This document shows positions 36,159-46,027 of a stretch of 64,000 nt of DNA, one piece after another. This stretch comes from Acutalibacteraceae bacterium. GTDB lineage: Bacteria; Bacillota; Clostridia; Oscillospirales; Acutalibacteraceae. The stretch lies in the NCBI GenBank assembly GCA_045604185.1, contig JAZUNO010000092.1:24956-88955 (forward strand), written 5' to 3'. Every line of letters starts with the position of its first letter. Within the stretch, counting starts at the first letter, position 1. The position numbers and the translations under genes are program-made. The notes beneath the pieces are model-generated. The model ran no database searches. It saw only the letters and a list, made by a program, of their open reading frames with translations, and had not been told where the DNA came from.

Positions 36159-37547
36159 TTATTCGAATGCATCTGCAATTAATCTAACAAGCTCGACAAC
36201 AATAGCGTAAACCTTCGTTCCCTTAAACCAGCAGGCAATCTTTTCAAAGCATGTGGTATCATCTTCTTCAAACTCAATAGGCTCGCTTCCATCATCGATA
36301 ATAAAGGCCTGTGAAACACAGATACCGCCCTCGCCAAAAAGCTCTGCTCTTACATATTGGAAGTCCTCTGCACCTGAAACCTTATCAAGGTCAAGAACAA
36401 CAGTTGAGTTGTTCGCATCAACAGAAGTCTTTGAAATAACCTTGCCGTTGGCAATCCACTGAACAGTATAGCTGTCCTTAACCGAAACAGTTATCTTATG
36501 TCCGTCAACAGCTATATTTGTAAACATAGGATAGGGCAAGCCCTCATTCATAACATCGTATTCCTTTTCGGGACCGATAATATCATTTGCTCTGAGTTTT
36601 CTTGTTATTCCAAAGAAAGCTCCGTTTTGCATAGTCTTTTTGATGTTCTCAACATTGTTCTCTTCCATCATAAACACGCTGAAAGAAGAGTCAACCGTTG
36701 CCGTCCAGTGAGCATCCGTGTTGCTGAAACCTATAACATTTTTACCGTAGGGCAAGCAATACATAAGAAGGTTATCCCAGAGAATTCTGTCATAGCCCGT
36801 TGTGCCGTTTCTTTCGTTGAAAACTTCCATTCCCAGACAGCTGTCATACTTAAGAATAAGGTCACCAAAGAAAGCAATCTTTTCAGGGTCGTTTACAACA
36901 TCGGGATTGGAGTTGCTGTCAAGCCAATCTCCGGGGTGATTAATATGAGAAAGACCACCGTTCTCATCAATGAACTTAAGAGCCTGGTCATATCCTCGCT
37001 CATTTTCCGCTCCGGCAAAACCGTTGCCAACATCAGAAGGCAGGAAGAATCCGTTAACATGGTTTTTGGTAAGAGAGAGATTGTTAAACTCATTAGCACC
37101 AAGAACAGGAACCATCTTTTTGCCTCTGACTGTTCCGTCATAAAGAGGATATGTTCCGTTTTTTATGCTTTCATACTCTTCATCCGTAAGATGCTCAAAA
37201 GGATTATCAATAATCGGCTGATAAGTATACAGAAGCTGTTTATCTGGTTCTTTATTCCAATCAACACCCGTTATGCCGTGATCGGAAATCGCAAGAAAAT
37301 CATAGTCCTGGTTATATGCCTCCTTGACCATAACCGGAAGCGTGTCTTCAGCATCACTGTAAGTTGTGTGCGAATGAAGAGAGCCTTTATAAGCTCCCCA
37401 CGCATTCTCCCCGTCCCATACAACCTCTGCATAAGGCGAAACAATAGTGTAATCTCCGCTTGCTGTTGCACTGACAGCAAAAACGCCGAGATTCATAACC
37501 ATTAGTGTTGCGAGCAAAACACTTAACGCTTTCTTAAATGCTTTCAC
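36159..37547 (-). CDS. secreted PHP-domain metallohydrolase
   Basis: The start was moved to GTG 37547, after GGGAGG. It has a signal peptide MKAFKKALSVLLATLMVMNLGVFAVSATA and an HSHTTYSDAED...ISDHG PHP motif. Confidence 0.7.
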   Translation of the reverse strand: MKAFKKALSVLLATLMVMNLGVFAVSATASGDYTIVSPYAEVVWDGENAWGAYKGSLHSHTTYSDAEDTLPVMVKEAYNQDYDFLAISDHGITGVDWNKEPDKQLLYTYQPIIDNPFEHLTDEEYESIKNGTYPLYDGTVRGKKMVPVLGANEFNNLSLTKNHVNGFFLPSDVGNGFAGAENERGYDQALKFIDENGGLSHINHPGDWLDSNSNPDVVNDPEKIAFFGDLILKYDSCLGMEVFNERNGTTGYDRILWDNLLMYCLPYGKNVIGFSNTDAHWTATVDSSFSVFMMEENNVENIKKTMQNGAFFGITRKLRANDIIGPEKEYDVMNEGLPYPMFTNIAVDGHKITVSVKDSYTVQWIANGKVISKTSVDANNSTVVLDLDKVSGAEDFQYVRAELFGEGGICVSQAFIIDDGSEPIEFEEDDTTCFEKIACWFKGTKVYAIVVELVRLIADAFE

Positions 37548-37660
37548 TTTTTTGCCTCCCAATAAAAATTTTTACATTTTTATTTAACCAAAAATCAGAT
37601 TAAAAGTCAATATTTTTAGGTATGCAAGCACTCTAAAACCGTTTGAACAATAAAGCAAAA

Positions 37661-37690
37661 AGCGGCTTGCACCGGGTGTTGCAAACCGCT
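37661..37690. terminator. bidirectional intrinsic terminator
   Basis: AGCGGCTTGCA-CCGGGTGT-TGCAAACCGCT, flanked by A- and T-runs. Confidence 0.7.
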
Positions 37691-37721
37691 TTTATTTTTA
37701 TATAAATACCTGCCGTTTTCT

Positions 37722-39128
37722 TTATTTCTGATTATAGAACACGCAGAAAGCCTTGTATGCCATATAGACGTCAAGCTTTGCAATCTGTTCAAACGGGGCA
37801 TGCATCGAAAGCACAGGCACTCCAACATCAACAACATCTATGCCCAGATGTGCCACATACTTTGCGACTGTTCCGCCGCCGCCCTCGTCAACCTTACCGA
37901 GTTCTCCTATCTGCCAGACAACACCGCTGTCATCAAAGAGCTTACGCAATTTACCCATAAACTCGGCGTTGGCATCCGATGTGTCGGACTTACCTCGAGA
38001 GCCCGTATACTTTGTAACAACTATGCCGCGGTTAAACATTGCGGCATTGAGTCTGTCATGAACAGAGGGGAAAGTCGGATCCAATGCAGCGTTGACGTCC
38101 GCCGAAAGACACTCGGATGCACGCAGAACATCTCTGCCCTCAAGGCCCTGAGTCTTTGCCAGATCCTCAATGAAAAACTGAAGAAACGCTGATGAAAGGC
38201 CCGTATTACCCTGACTGCCTGTCTCTTCCTTGTCCGCAAGAACAGTGACTGTAGTATACTCCGGAGTGGGACAGTCAATAGCCGCCATGAGTGCCGGATA
38301 TGCACAAACTCTGTCGTCATGTCCGTAACCGCCGATTATACTGCGGTCAAAACCGATGTCGCTCACGGGCATCGCAGGAACAAGCTCCAGCTCTGCACTG
38401 AGGAAATCCTCTTCAACAATGCCATATTTTTCATTGAGAATATTTAAAATATTAAGCTTTACAAGCTCGCTTCCGCTGTCACTTCTGAACGGCAGGCTTC
38501 CGATAAGAATATTAAGTTCCTCACCCTTTATACCCTGGGAAAGAGTGCGCTTTGCCTGCTCACCTCCAAGATGCGGCAACAAATCGGTTATAACAAACTG
38601 CGGCTCGTCCTGCGTGTCGCCTATTGAAACAGTAACTTTTGAACCGTCTTTGCGGACGATAACTCCGTGAAGCGAAAGCGGTATTGTAGCCCACTGATAC
38701 TTTTTGATTCCTCCGTAATAGTGAGTCTTGAGCATGGCAAGCTCAAGGTCCTCATACATCGGATTGGGCTTTAAATCAAGCCGTGGAGAATCAATGTGTG
38801 CAGCTGTAATCTTGACACCGTCGCTGAGCGGTCTTTTTCCGAAAACTGCAAGGACAAAGGCCTTTTCCTTTATATTGAAGAAAACCTTATCACCGCTCAC
38901 ATATGATTTTGACGAATCAAATTCTTCAAATCCGTTCTGTTCGGCAAGCTGTTGCGAAAAAGCTGTTACCTCACGCTCGGTTTTATAGTTCTGAAGAAAA
39001 TCCTTATAGCCCTCGCACCAGTCAAAAGCCTTTTCTATCTCATCTTCATCCAATCTTAAAGCCGCATGTTTCGGAGATGCAAAAAGCTTTTCACGAAGCT
39101 CCTCTACAGGAGTTTTGTCATCCTTCAT
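37722..39128 (-). CDS. M18-family aminopeptidase
   Basis: 468 aa with HIDSPRLD, GYGHDDR and EETGS motifs typical of the M18/M42 clan. Confidence 0.8.
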   Translation of the reverse strand: MKDDKTPVEELREKLFASPKHAALRLDEDEIEKAFDWCEGYKDFLQNYKTEREVTAFSQQLAEQNGFEEFDSSKSYVSGDKVFFNIKEKAFVLAVFGKRPLSDGVKITAAHIDSPRLDLKPNPMYEDLELAMLKTHYYGGIKKYQWATIPLSLHGVIVRKDGSKVTVSIGDTQDEPQFVITDLLPHLGGEQAKRTLSQGIKGEELNILIGSLPFRSDSGSELVKLNILNILNEKYGIVEEDFLSAELELVPAMPVSDIGFDRSIIGGYGHDDRVCAYPALMAAIDCPTPEYTTVTVLADKEETGSQGNTGLSSAFLQFFIEDLAKTQGLEGRDVLRASECLSADVNAALDPTFPSVHDRLNAAMFNRGIVVTKYTGSRGKSDTSDANAEFMGKLRKLFDDSGVVWQIGELGKVDEGGGGTVAKYVAHLGIDVVDVGVPVLSMHAPFEQIAKLDVYMAYKAFCVFYNQK

Positions 39129-39148
39129 TTTATTTCATCCTTTCATCT

Positions 39149-39715
39149 TCAAGGTTTTGTATTTGTTTTTTCATATATCTTCACAGCACGCATAACTTTG
39201 CGTACGTAATGAGCCGTTTCGGGAATCGGTATGGTTGAAAGCTCCCTGCCGTCAGGCGAAATGCTTTTATCCAAAAGCCACTCATTAACCCTGCCACGGC
39301 CTGCATGATATGCAGCTACCGCGGTCTGAGTATCGCCAAATTCATCAAGCAGCAACCCCAAAAACACAGCTCCGTATTTTATTGACGTCTCTTCATCCTG
39401 AAGCTCGGTGATATCAAGTCGCTCTCCCGTCTTTGTCTGAAGCCACTCAAATGTTTCGGGTGTAATCTGTGTAAGCCCTACGGCTCCTGCCGAGGATACC
39501 GCATTGGGGTCAAACGAGCTTTCAGTGCGTATAACTGCCATAAGTAAATTATGAGGCACGTCATATTCAGCACTGTACTTTCCAACCAAATTATCATACT
39601 TTACGGGATAGGCAAATTTCACTGCGCTGATGCAGCAAACTGCACTGACACCGCAAACAAGAATCACAAAGCCCGTCAACAGTGCCACAAGCTTTATTTT
39701 AGCTTTAGCTCCCAT
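39149..39715 (-). CDS. lytic transglycosylase (SLT domain), membrane anchored
   Basis: ESSFDPNAVSSAGAVGLTQI catalytic motif and AYHAG. Confidence 0.8.
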   Translation of the reverse strand: MGAKAKIKLVALLTGFVILVCGVSAVCCISAVKFAYPVKYDNLVGKYSAEYDVPHNLLMAVIRTESSFDPNAVSSAGAVGLTQITPETFEWLQTKTGERLDITELQDEETSIKYGAVFLGLLLDEFGDTQTAVAAYHAGRGRVNEWLLDKSISPDGRELSTIPIPETAHYVRKVMRAVKIYEKTNTKP

Positions 39716-39721
39716 AGCCTT

Positions 39722-40351
39722 TCAGCCTTCCACTTTTTCGGTTTTTTCCAGAGCGATGACTTTAAGCTGTTCAAGCAACTGAGCACAGTTTTTTTGCGTA
39801 TCATCGCCAACACCGTTATTAATAATAATATCCGAATTTTTGCGGTAGTATTCCTCAGGCGGTTGAGCTGCCATTCTTTTCAAAATCTCAGAACGCTCGA
39901 TTTTATCACGCTTTTCAAGTCTTTCCAATCTCTCTTGTTCAGGTGCACAGACGCAGATTATAACATCGCAGTCATACTTGAGCTCGCTTGCGTGAAGCAC
40001 CGCCGCATCAAGCACCGCTATATCAAAACCATCATCCTGAGCCTGCTGTATTCTCTCACGTGCAAGCTGAGTTATTGCCGGATGCGTTATCGCACTGAGT
40101 GCCGCTGTATCCTCCGGGTTCTTAAATGCACGGCTTGCCAACAATCGGCGGTCGAGTGTGCCGTCGTCTCTGATGATATCCTCACCAAAACGCTCGGAAA
40201 GCTTTTCTAAAACGGGCGAACCCGGAAGCGTAATCTCCCGTGCAAGCACATCACAGTCAATTATACACACTCCGTTTTTACCGAGAAACTCAGCAATACT
40301 GCTTTTGCCGGCACCCGTCTGCCCCGTAAGCCCTGCTATACATATTTTCAC
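39722..40351 (-). CDS. coaE: dephospho-CoA kinase
   Basis: IAGLTGQTGAGKSS P-loop, 209 aa. Confidence 0.9.
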   Translation of the reverse strand: MKICIAGLTGQTGAGKSSIAEFLGKNGVCIIDCDVLAREITLPGSPVLEKLSERFGEDIIRDDGTLDRRLLASRAFKNPEDTAALSAITHPAITQLARERIQQAQDDGFDIAVLDAAVLHASELKYDCDVIICVCAPEQERLERLEKRDKIERSEILKRMAAQPPEEYYRKNSDIIINNGVGDDTQKNCAQLLEQLKVIALEKTEKVEG

Positions 40352-41367
40352 AGCTCGATCACCTCAAATCCTGCCGCTCTGAGAAGTCTGTTGTAAACAG
40401 CTATTCCCACACCGTCAAGTGACGGGAATCGCACAAGTGCAAGTTCCATTCCCTCGGTATCAATACGCCTGAGTACATCAAACAGTTCTCTCGCCTGCTC
40501 CTGCGGACTGTCCGCATGACCGTATGAATATGCAGGAACGGAAAGCTCCTGCTCCTCTCCGTCAAAACACACGGCACAGACTTTTTCTTGCCGGTTTTGT
40601 GCAAACTTTGCAAAATTTTCAAGCGAACCTTTTACTATTATAACCCGGGCGTTCGGAGAATAATGTTTATATTTCATGCCCGGTGACAAAACCTTTTCAT
40701 CTTTTTCCAATGCCTTAAAAACCGCTTTGTCAACCTCGACCTCACCCAGAACACTTTGGAGCTGTTCGTGTGTAATACCGCCGGGTCGAAGTATACGGGC
40801 AGTCTTTTGTGCCAATGTTATTACTGTGGACTCGACACCTACATCGCAACTTCCACCGTCAACAATTGCCGCAATCTTACCGTCCATATCGTCAAAGACA
40901 TGTGCCGCTGTTGTCGGACTGGGCTTTCCCGAAGTATTAGCACTCGGAGCCGCCAACGGAAATCCGCAAGCTTTGATTATAGCCCGTGCTGTTGGGTGCG
41001 ATGGCATCCTTACCGCAACCGTATCAAGACCTGCACTGACCTGTGCAGGAATCAAGTCACTTTTGGGCAAAATAATTGTAAGCGGACCGGGCCAGAATTT
41101 TTCAGCAAGTGCCTGTGCACGCTCATCGAAATCTTTGACAAGAGGTAAAATCTCCTGCATCTCTGATATGTGGACTATCAACGGATTGTCCTGAGGTCTG
41201 CCCTTGGCTAAAAATATCTTTTCTACTGCTTTGCCGTCAAGTGCATTCGCCGCCAGACCGTAAACCGTCTCTGTCGGTATCGCAACAAGCTCGCCGCTCT
41301 TTAAAAGCTCAGCCGCTTCCTGTATGCCCTTTTCTCCTGCATCTGCTCTTATAAATTTCGTATCCAT
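40348..41367 (-). CDS. tsaC: L-threonylcarbamoyladenylate synthase (Sua5/YwlC type, long form)
   Basis: VAIPTETVYGLAANA motif plus a Sua5 C-terminal domain, 339 aa. Confidence 0.9.
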   Translation of the reverse strand: MDTKFIRADAGEKGIQEAAELLKSGELVAIPTETVYGLAANALDGKAVEKIFLAKGRPQDNPLIVHISEMQEILPLVKDFDERAQALAEKFWPGPLTIILPKSDLIPAQVSAGLDTVAVRMPSHPTARAIIKACGFPLAAPSANTSGKPSPTTAAHVFDDMDGKIAAIVDGGSCDVGVESTVITLAQKTARILRPGGITHEQLQSVLGEVEVDKAVFKALEKDEKVLSPGMKYKHYSPNARVIIVKGSLENFAKFAQNRQEKVCAVCFDGEEQELSVPAYSYGHADSPQEQARELFDVLRRIDTEGMELALVRFPSLDGVGIAVYNRLLRAAGFEVIEL

Positions 41368-41384
41368 AAAAATCTTCCCGTCGG

Positions 41385-42452
41385 TTATTCCGATTTCAGC
41401 TTCTCTGCGGTATCTGCCGTAATAAGTGCATCAATAACCTCATCAAGATCGCCGTTGAGAATCGCATCAAGTCTGTACAACGTAAGTCCTATGCGGTGAT
41501 CACTCAGCCTTCCCTGAGGATAGTTATATGTGCGAATTCGCTCACTGCGGTCACCTGTACCTACCTGCGCACGGCGCTCACCTGCTATTGCATCGTTCTG
41601 TTTTTGCTGTTCCGCCTCAAGAATTCTTGAACGCAAAATCTTCATCGCACGGTCCTTGTTCTTAAACTGACTGCGTTCATCCTGACATTCAACAACCGTG
41701 CCCGTAGGCAGATGGGTTATTCTTATTGCAGACTCTGTCTTATTAACTTTCTGTCCGCCTGCACCACTGGAACGGAATGTATCTATCTGCAAATCTGCAG
41801 GGTTTATCTGAACATCGACCTCTTCCGCCTCAGGCAAAACCGCAACCGTAACGGTTGACGTATGAATTCTGCCCATACTTTCAGTCTCGGGGACACGTTG
41901 AACTCTGTGAACTCCGCTTTCAAACTTCAGGCGTGAATACGCTGCCTCACCTGTTATCATAAAGCTTATTTCCTTATATCCGCCAAGTTCAGTCTCATTT
42001 GCACTGAGAAGTTCTGTTTTCCAACCTCTTGTCTCTCCGTACATCGAGTACATTCTGAAAAGCACACCGGCAAACAGTGCCGCTTCCTCTCCGCCTGCAC
42101 CGCCTCTTATCTCAACAATAACGTTTTTATCGTCATTCGGGTCACGTGGCAAAAGAAGAACTTTAAGCTCCTGCGAAGCTGTTTCCAAGGTTTCCTTTGA
42201 TTCCTCAAACTCAAGCTGTGCAAGCTCTTTGAGTTCCTTATCAAGTCCGCCCTCATCAAGAAGTGTACGGGCTTCGTTCATAGCGTCATTAGCCGCTTTA
42301 TATTCTCTGTATTTTTCAACAATGGGTGATAAGTGCTTAAGTTCCTGCATATATTTTTTGTAAAGCTCCATATCGGATACAACTTCACTCTTGCAGAGCT
42401 CCTCATTTATAAAATCAAATTTTTCTTCAACTTTTTTTAATTTATCCAGCAT
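41385..42452 (-). CDS. prfA: peptide chain release factor 1
   Basis: PET tripeptide ([10 protein letters not shown]) and GGQ ([14 protein letters not shown]). Confidence 0.95.
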   Translation of the reverse strand: MLDKLKKVEEKFDFINEELCKSEVVSDMELYKKYMQELKHLSPIVEKYREYKAANDAMNEARTLLDEGGLDKELKELAQLEFEESKETLETASQELKVLLLPRDPNDDKNVIVEIRGGAGGEEAALFAGVLFRMYSMYGETRGWKTELLSANETELGGYKEISFMITGEAAYSRLKFESGVHRVQRVPETESMGRIHTSTVTVAVLPEAEEVDVQINPADLQIDTFRSSGAGGQKVNKTESAIRITHLPTGTVVECQDERSQFKNKDRAMKILRSRILEAEQQKQNDAIAGERRAQVGTGDRSERIRTYNYPQGRLSDHRIGLTLYRLDAILNGDLDEVIDALITADTAEKLKSE

Positions 42453-42500
42453 AATTTCCTCCGTGTGTAAAAACTAAAGTTTAGCAGTAACTTTTAACCG

Positions 42501-42689
42501 CTAACCCTCCTGGTCACGGATGATTCGCCTGATATTCTTTTCAACCTTAACTCGTGGAACCATTACCTCACGCGAACAGCCGACACAGCGAATACGAAAA
42601 TCCATACCAATTCGAAGAACATCAAATTCGTTGCTGCCGCAAGGATGATTTTTCTTCATCACAAGCCTGTCGCCCACTCTGACATCCAT
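42501..42689 (-). CDS. DUF951-family small protein
   Basis: MDVRVGDRLVMKKNHPCGSNEFDVLRIGMDFRIRCVGC. The start is at ATG 42689, 8 nt after GGGAGG. Confidence 0.75.
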   Translation of the reverse strand: MDVRVGDRLVMKKNHPCGSNEFDVLRIGMDFRIRCVGCSREVMVPRVKVEKNIRRIIRDQEG

Positions 42690-42845
42690 ATCCGCTTTCC
42701 TCCCTTTTAGCAAATCAATCTTTGAAGTATTATATCACCATTTTCACTTTTTGTACACCAATGCTTTAAATTTTGTGTGTTACACAGTTTCGATTTGATA
42801 AAAACAAATGTAGATGTAAACGGCTACGAAAGGACTGAACAGTTA

Positions 42846-43775
42846 ATGAATACTTTTAAACCGGAAGGGGCATTGCTTCCAACCGCACAAAACATCAGAA
42901 TCCTCAGCTCCGCCTCACTTTTAAGAGAGGCTTTCCATTCAGGCACGGTTTTGGAGGGGCGTGCAATTCTGTGCGATGCTCAACATAATCTGCATGTAGA
43001 CCTGGGATGCATGAAGGGAATTATTCCTAAAAACGAGGGTGCCCTCGGAATTGAAGACGGCAGCGTCAGAGATATAGCCCTTATATCAAGAGTAAACAAA
43101 TCCGTTATTTTCAAAATAACGGATTTTAAAACCGATGAAAACAGCGGCCAAACATATGCTCTTCTCAGCAGGCGGATTGTTCAGGAGGAATGCCGCAACC
43201 GTTACATCTCCTCGTTGTGCCCCGGAGATATAATTGACGCCTGTGTTACTCACCTGGAGCCATTCGGTGCATTTTGTGATGTAGGGGCAGGTTTAAGTGC
43301 CCTATTGCCAATTGACAGCATATCCGTTTCCAGAATTCCGCACCCGAACGCCCGTTTTTTTGTCGGTCAGAATATCCGTGCAATTGTCCGCTCTGTTGAC
43401 AGTCAGGGTCGGCTCACATTAAGTCACAAAGAGCTTTTGGGAACTTGGGAGCAAAATGTAGAAACCTTAAGTGCCGGAGAAACAGTCCCCGGAATTGTAC
43501 GCTCGGTTGAGAAATACGGTATTTTTGTGGAGCTGACACCAAATCTAGCCGGATTGGCTGAATACTGCGACGGAGTTAAGGTCGGAGACCACACAAGCGT
43601 CTATATCAAAAGCATCCTGCCCGACAGAATGAAAATAAAACTGATAATAGTTGATTCCTTTACCGCTGACTATCCGCCTGCCAAACTCCGCTATTTTACA
43701 GACAGCGACCATATAGATCGCTGGGTGTATTCACCGGATTGCTGCAACAAGGTCCTTGAAAGTGTTTTTATATAA
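42846..43775 (+). CDS. S1 RNA-binding domain protein
   Basis: Repeated S1-like segments (GDIIDACVTHLEPFGAFCDVG, GETVPGIVRSVEKYGIFVEL). The start was chosen at ATG 42846. Confidence 0.7.
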   Translation: MNTFKPEGALLPTAQNIRILSSASLLREAFHSGTVLEGRAILCDAQHNLHVDLGCMKGIIPKNEGALGIEDGSVRDIALISRVNKSVIFKITDFKTDENSGQTYALLSRRIVQEECRNRYISSLCPGDIIDACVTHLEPFGAFCDVGAGLSALLPIDSISVSRIPHPNARFFVGQNIRAIVRSVDSQGRLTLSHKELLGTWEQNVETLSAGETVPGIVRSVEKYGIFVELTPNLAGLAEYCDGVKVGDHTSVYIKSILPDRMKIKLIIVDSFTADYPPAKLRYFTDSDHIDRWVYSPDCCNKVLESVFI

Positions 43776-43780
43776 AATAA

Positions 43781-43818
43781 AAAAATCCGGACGATCAATG
43801 ATCGTCCGGACTGTTTTT
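43781..43818. terminator. bidirectional intrinsic terminator
   Basis: A-run, TCCGGACGATC-AAT-GATCGTCCGGA, then CTGTTTTT. Confidence 0.8.
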
Positions 43819-43831
43819 CAGTTAAAACTGA

Positions 43832-44467
43832 TTATGCTTCCTTCTTCTTGGAAACGAATGCAGCAGCAGCAGCAACTGAGAGAGCAGCGAAAGCAGCTAT
43901 ACCAGCAGTAGCACCTGTCTCAGGAACTTCTGTTGCGGGAGCTTCAGTCTCAGCCTCTGTAGCAGGAACTGTCTCTGCGGGCTTGTAACCATACCAGCCC
44001 ATGATCTCCTTAACGAAGGGGATCTCAAGAAGCTTGTCGATGATGGACTCTCTATCTGTTCCGAAGAGGCCAGCAATACCATCGATGAAAGCGTTCATAA
44101 GCATAGCGGGAACCTCTGCAAGAGAGAAAGAGGGAGTGCCGCTCTCAGAACCGAAGAGAGGAGCGATAACATCAGCAAGACCTTCGATTGTAACCTTTGT
44201 CTCTTCATAAACGCCCTTGATTGTGTCAATGTCAACGTTTGCAAAGATCTGCTTGAAGATGTCAACGATCTCGCCAACTGTAACAGCAAGATCATCAGCA
44301 GGAGCAGCTGTTGTTGCTTCAGCTGTTGTTGCTTCAGCAGTTGTTGCTTCAGCTGTTGTTGCTTCAGCAGTTGTTGCCTCAGCTGTTGTTGTCTCGTCTG
44401 CAAATGCGATAGTGCCCATGGAGAGAACCATTACAAGTGCAAGTAAAATGCTTACAAGTTTCTTCAT
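43832..44467 (-). CDS. secreted protein with TTAEA repeats and a sortase-type C-terminal sorting signal (VPETG)
   Basis: The start was moved to ATG 44467 (MKKLVSILLALVMVLSMGTIAFA). The C-terminus is VPETG, then a hydrophobic stretch, then KKKEA. Confidence 0.6.
   Translation of the reverse strand: MKKLVSILLALVMVLSMGTIAFADETTTAEATTAEATTAEATTAEATTAEATTAAPADDLAVTVGEIVDIFKQIFANVDIDTIKGVYEETKVTIEGLADVIAPLFGSESGTPSFSLAEVPAMLMNAFIDGIAGLFGTDRESIIDKLLEIPFVKEIMGWYGYKPAETVPATEAETEAPATEVPETGATAGIAAFAALSVAAAAAFVSKKKEA
44303..44390. repeat. 15-bp tandem repeat (about 5.8 copies) encoding (TTAEA)n
   Basis: GCTTCAGC[T/A]GTTGTT units at 44316, 44331, 44346, 44361 and 44376. The alternating T/A suggests a 30-bp higher-order unit. 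Confidence 0.85.
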
Positions 44468-44552
44468 TTTTCTACAACCCTTTCTGATTTTAATAATATT
44501 AAAGTCGTTAGACTTTTGGGCAAATACGTGAACTTTACCATTCACTCTCTCA

Positions 44553-44581
44553 ATTATACTCATCAATACAATTTTTGTCAA
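44553..44581 (-). promoter_or_regulatory. sigma-A type promoter, TTGACA-17-TATAAT
   Basis: Minus strand: TTGACA (44576-44581), a 17-nt spacer, TATAAT (44553-44558). Confidence 0.6.
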
Positions 44582-44633
44582 GTATATGACAGAAAATTTA
44601 TATTTTTTTAGAAATCAATAATATTTCTTTGAG

Positions 44634-45908
44634 TTATTCGCCTGCGAGAGCAGTTGTGGTAGTTGTTGTTGCGGCCTGTGTAGTAGTTGTTGTTGCGGCC
44701 TGTGTTGTTGTGGTAGTAGCCGGTGTTGTCGGCTTTGCTGATGTAGAAGCAAGAATTGTTACGTTCTTCTTGTGCTGGATATAACGCCATACAAAAACAA
44801 CATCGCTTCCGCTTACATAGTAAGTGTCGGGATTATATATGTTGTGCTCGCTTGCTGTGATCTTCTTGAATCCGTTTGCTTTGAAGGTATCGCCAACAAT
44901 ATTAGCCATCTCGGCATTGTCGAAGGTGATTCTTGCCTCCATGACAACTTCTGAACGGTTTGAGAAGTTCTTGAGTACTCCCGGAACAAATCCTGTGCTC
45001 CACCAGTGAAGCTCATACTTACGCTTGAAGAGCGGATTAAGAGTTCCGTCTTCTGCTGCACGGTAACAAACCATTTCCATGGGAAGAAGGTGGTCTGTAG
45101 CACAGTCAAAGTGGTCGAGTGCCGCATTTCCTGTTGAAGAAATCGGTGTGTTGTCATCCTTCTTGTAGAAGCCGATCTCACTTCCGATGAACATAAGGCC
45201 GTACTGACCCTTCCAAAGCTGGAGCATGTAGCCTGTGCCCTTGTAGTTGAACTTGATTCTTACTGTATCGTAATACATTACAGTAAAGCCTGCGCCGAAG
45301 TCATAAAGCGGATTGAATCCGAAGTTCTGCTGCCAGGAGTTGATGTCGTCAACATAGAAAAACTCACCGTTGGCATCATACTTGTACGAAAGAACAGAAC
45401 CGTCATCAAGCTCGTCAAGGCCAAGGTTTGCTGCAATTGTAGGATCTGCATCGTAAAGCTGACCGAGAAGGTCGTTTGCCTTTTCCGCCTCTATTCTTGC
45501 CTTAAGAGCACCAAGGTCATCAGCGTTCTTGAGGTTGTATGCCTCACCGTCGATAGTAACTATCTTTGCGCCGTCCTGTGTGGTAACAGTTATTTTATAA
45601 ACTTTCTTTGTAGGTCTTGTAACCTGAGAAGGTTTGTTGTTCTGGCTGGGTTTAACTGTTGTGTTGCCAAGGCTTGACGGCTTTTTGTTGGGCTTATTAT
45701 TGACTTTGTTGCCCTCGCTGTCAGTGCTGAGTTCTGTGGACTCGGCTGTAGTATCGGTGGTTGAATCGTCGGTTACATCTTCACCGACAGTTACATCGTT
45801 GTTACCGATAGTAATTGCGTTTGTTGTCTCATCGCCGTCCTTGCCGCCGCAAGCTGCTAAAGTAACAGCCATAACGAGTGCGAGAAGAAGCGCTAAAACT
45901 CTCTTCAT
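44634..45908 (-). CDS. DUF4474-like lipoprotein with Thr-rich C-terminal tail
   Basis: The start was moved to ATG 45908, after GGAGG (MKRVLALLLALVMAVTLAACGG lipobox). The core FGFNPLYDFGAGFTVMYYDTVRIKFNYKGTGYMLQLWKGQYG resembles DUF4474. Confidence 0.6.
   Translation of the reverse strand: MKRVLALLLALVMAVTLAACGGKDGDETTNAITIGNNDVTVGEDVTDDSTTDTTAESTELSTDSEGNKVNNKPNKKPSSLGNTTVKPSQNNKPSQVTRPTKKVYKITVTTQDGAKIVTIDGEAYNLKNADDLGALKARIEAEKANDLLGQLYDADPTIAANLGLDELDDGSVLSYKYDANGEFFYVDDINSWQQNFGFNPLYDFGAGFTVMYYDTVRIKFNYKGTGYMLQLWKGQYGLMFIGSEIGFYKKDDNTPISSTGNAALDHFDCATDHLLPMEMVCYRAAEDGTLNPLFKRKYELHWWSTGFVPGVLKNFSNRSEVVMEARITFDNAEMANIVGDTFKANGFKKITASEHNIYNPDTYYVSGSDVVFVWRYIQHKKNVTILASTSAKPTTPATTTTTQAATTTTTQAATTTTTTALAGE
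44661..44705. repeat. 21-nt exact repeat with 24-bp period, encoding (TQAATTTT)x2
   Basis: AGTTGTTGTTGCGGCCTGTGT at 44661-44681 and again at 44685-44705. Confidence 0.8.
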
Positions 45909-45979
45909 GTTTTTTCCTCCTAAAAAACTTGTTTTTTCTTTTCCCTGGTAAATAAATATTTGCAAAACAAAGAATAATT

Positions 45980-45993
45980 TTGCAATATTGCAA
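45980..45993. promoter_or_regulatory. perfect 14-bp palindrome TTGCA-ATAT-TGCAA, candidate operator
   Basis: Lies 5 nt downstream of the -10 hexamer of the DUF4474 gene promoter. Confidence 0.45.
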
Positions 45994-45998
45994 GCGTT

Positions 45999-46027
45999 AT
46001 TATACCAAAAGTTTTGGTTATCGTCAA
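45999..46027 (-). promoter_or_regulatory. sigma-A type promoter, TTGACG-17-TATAAT
   Basis: Minus strand: TTGACG (46022-46027), a 17-nt spacer, TATAAT (45999-46004). Confidence 0.6.

Noticed and set aside
36498-37505. 335-aa ORF on the plus strand
   Set aside because: It is antisense to the PHP-domain gene, has no motifs and shows an unusual composition. It is a shadow ORF.
39551-40210. 219-aa ORF on the plus strand
   Set aside because: It is antisense to coaE and the SLT gene. It is rich in Cys, Phe and Leu and has no RBS.
44303-44390. Short tandem repeats considered as a CRISPR-like array
   Set aside because: The units are 15 bp, contiguous without spacers and in frame within a coding sequence (TTAEA repeats). 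No cas genes are present.
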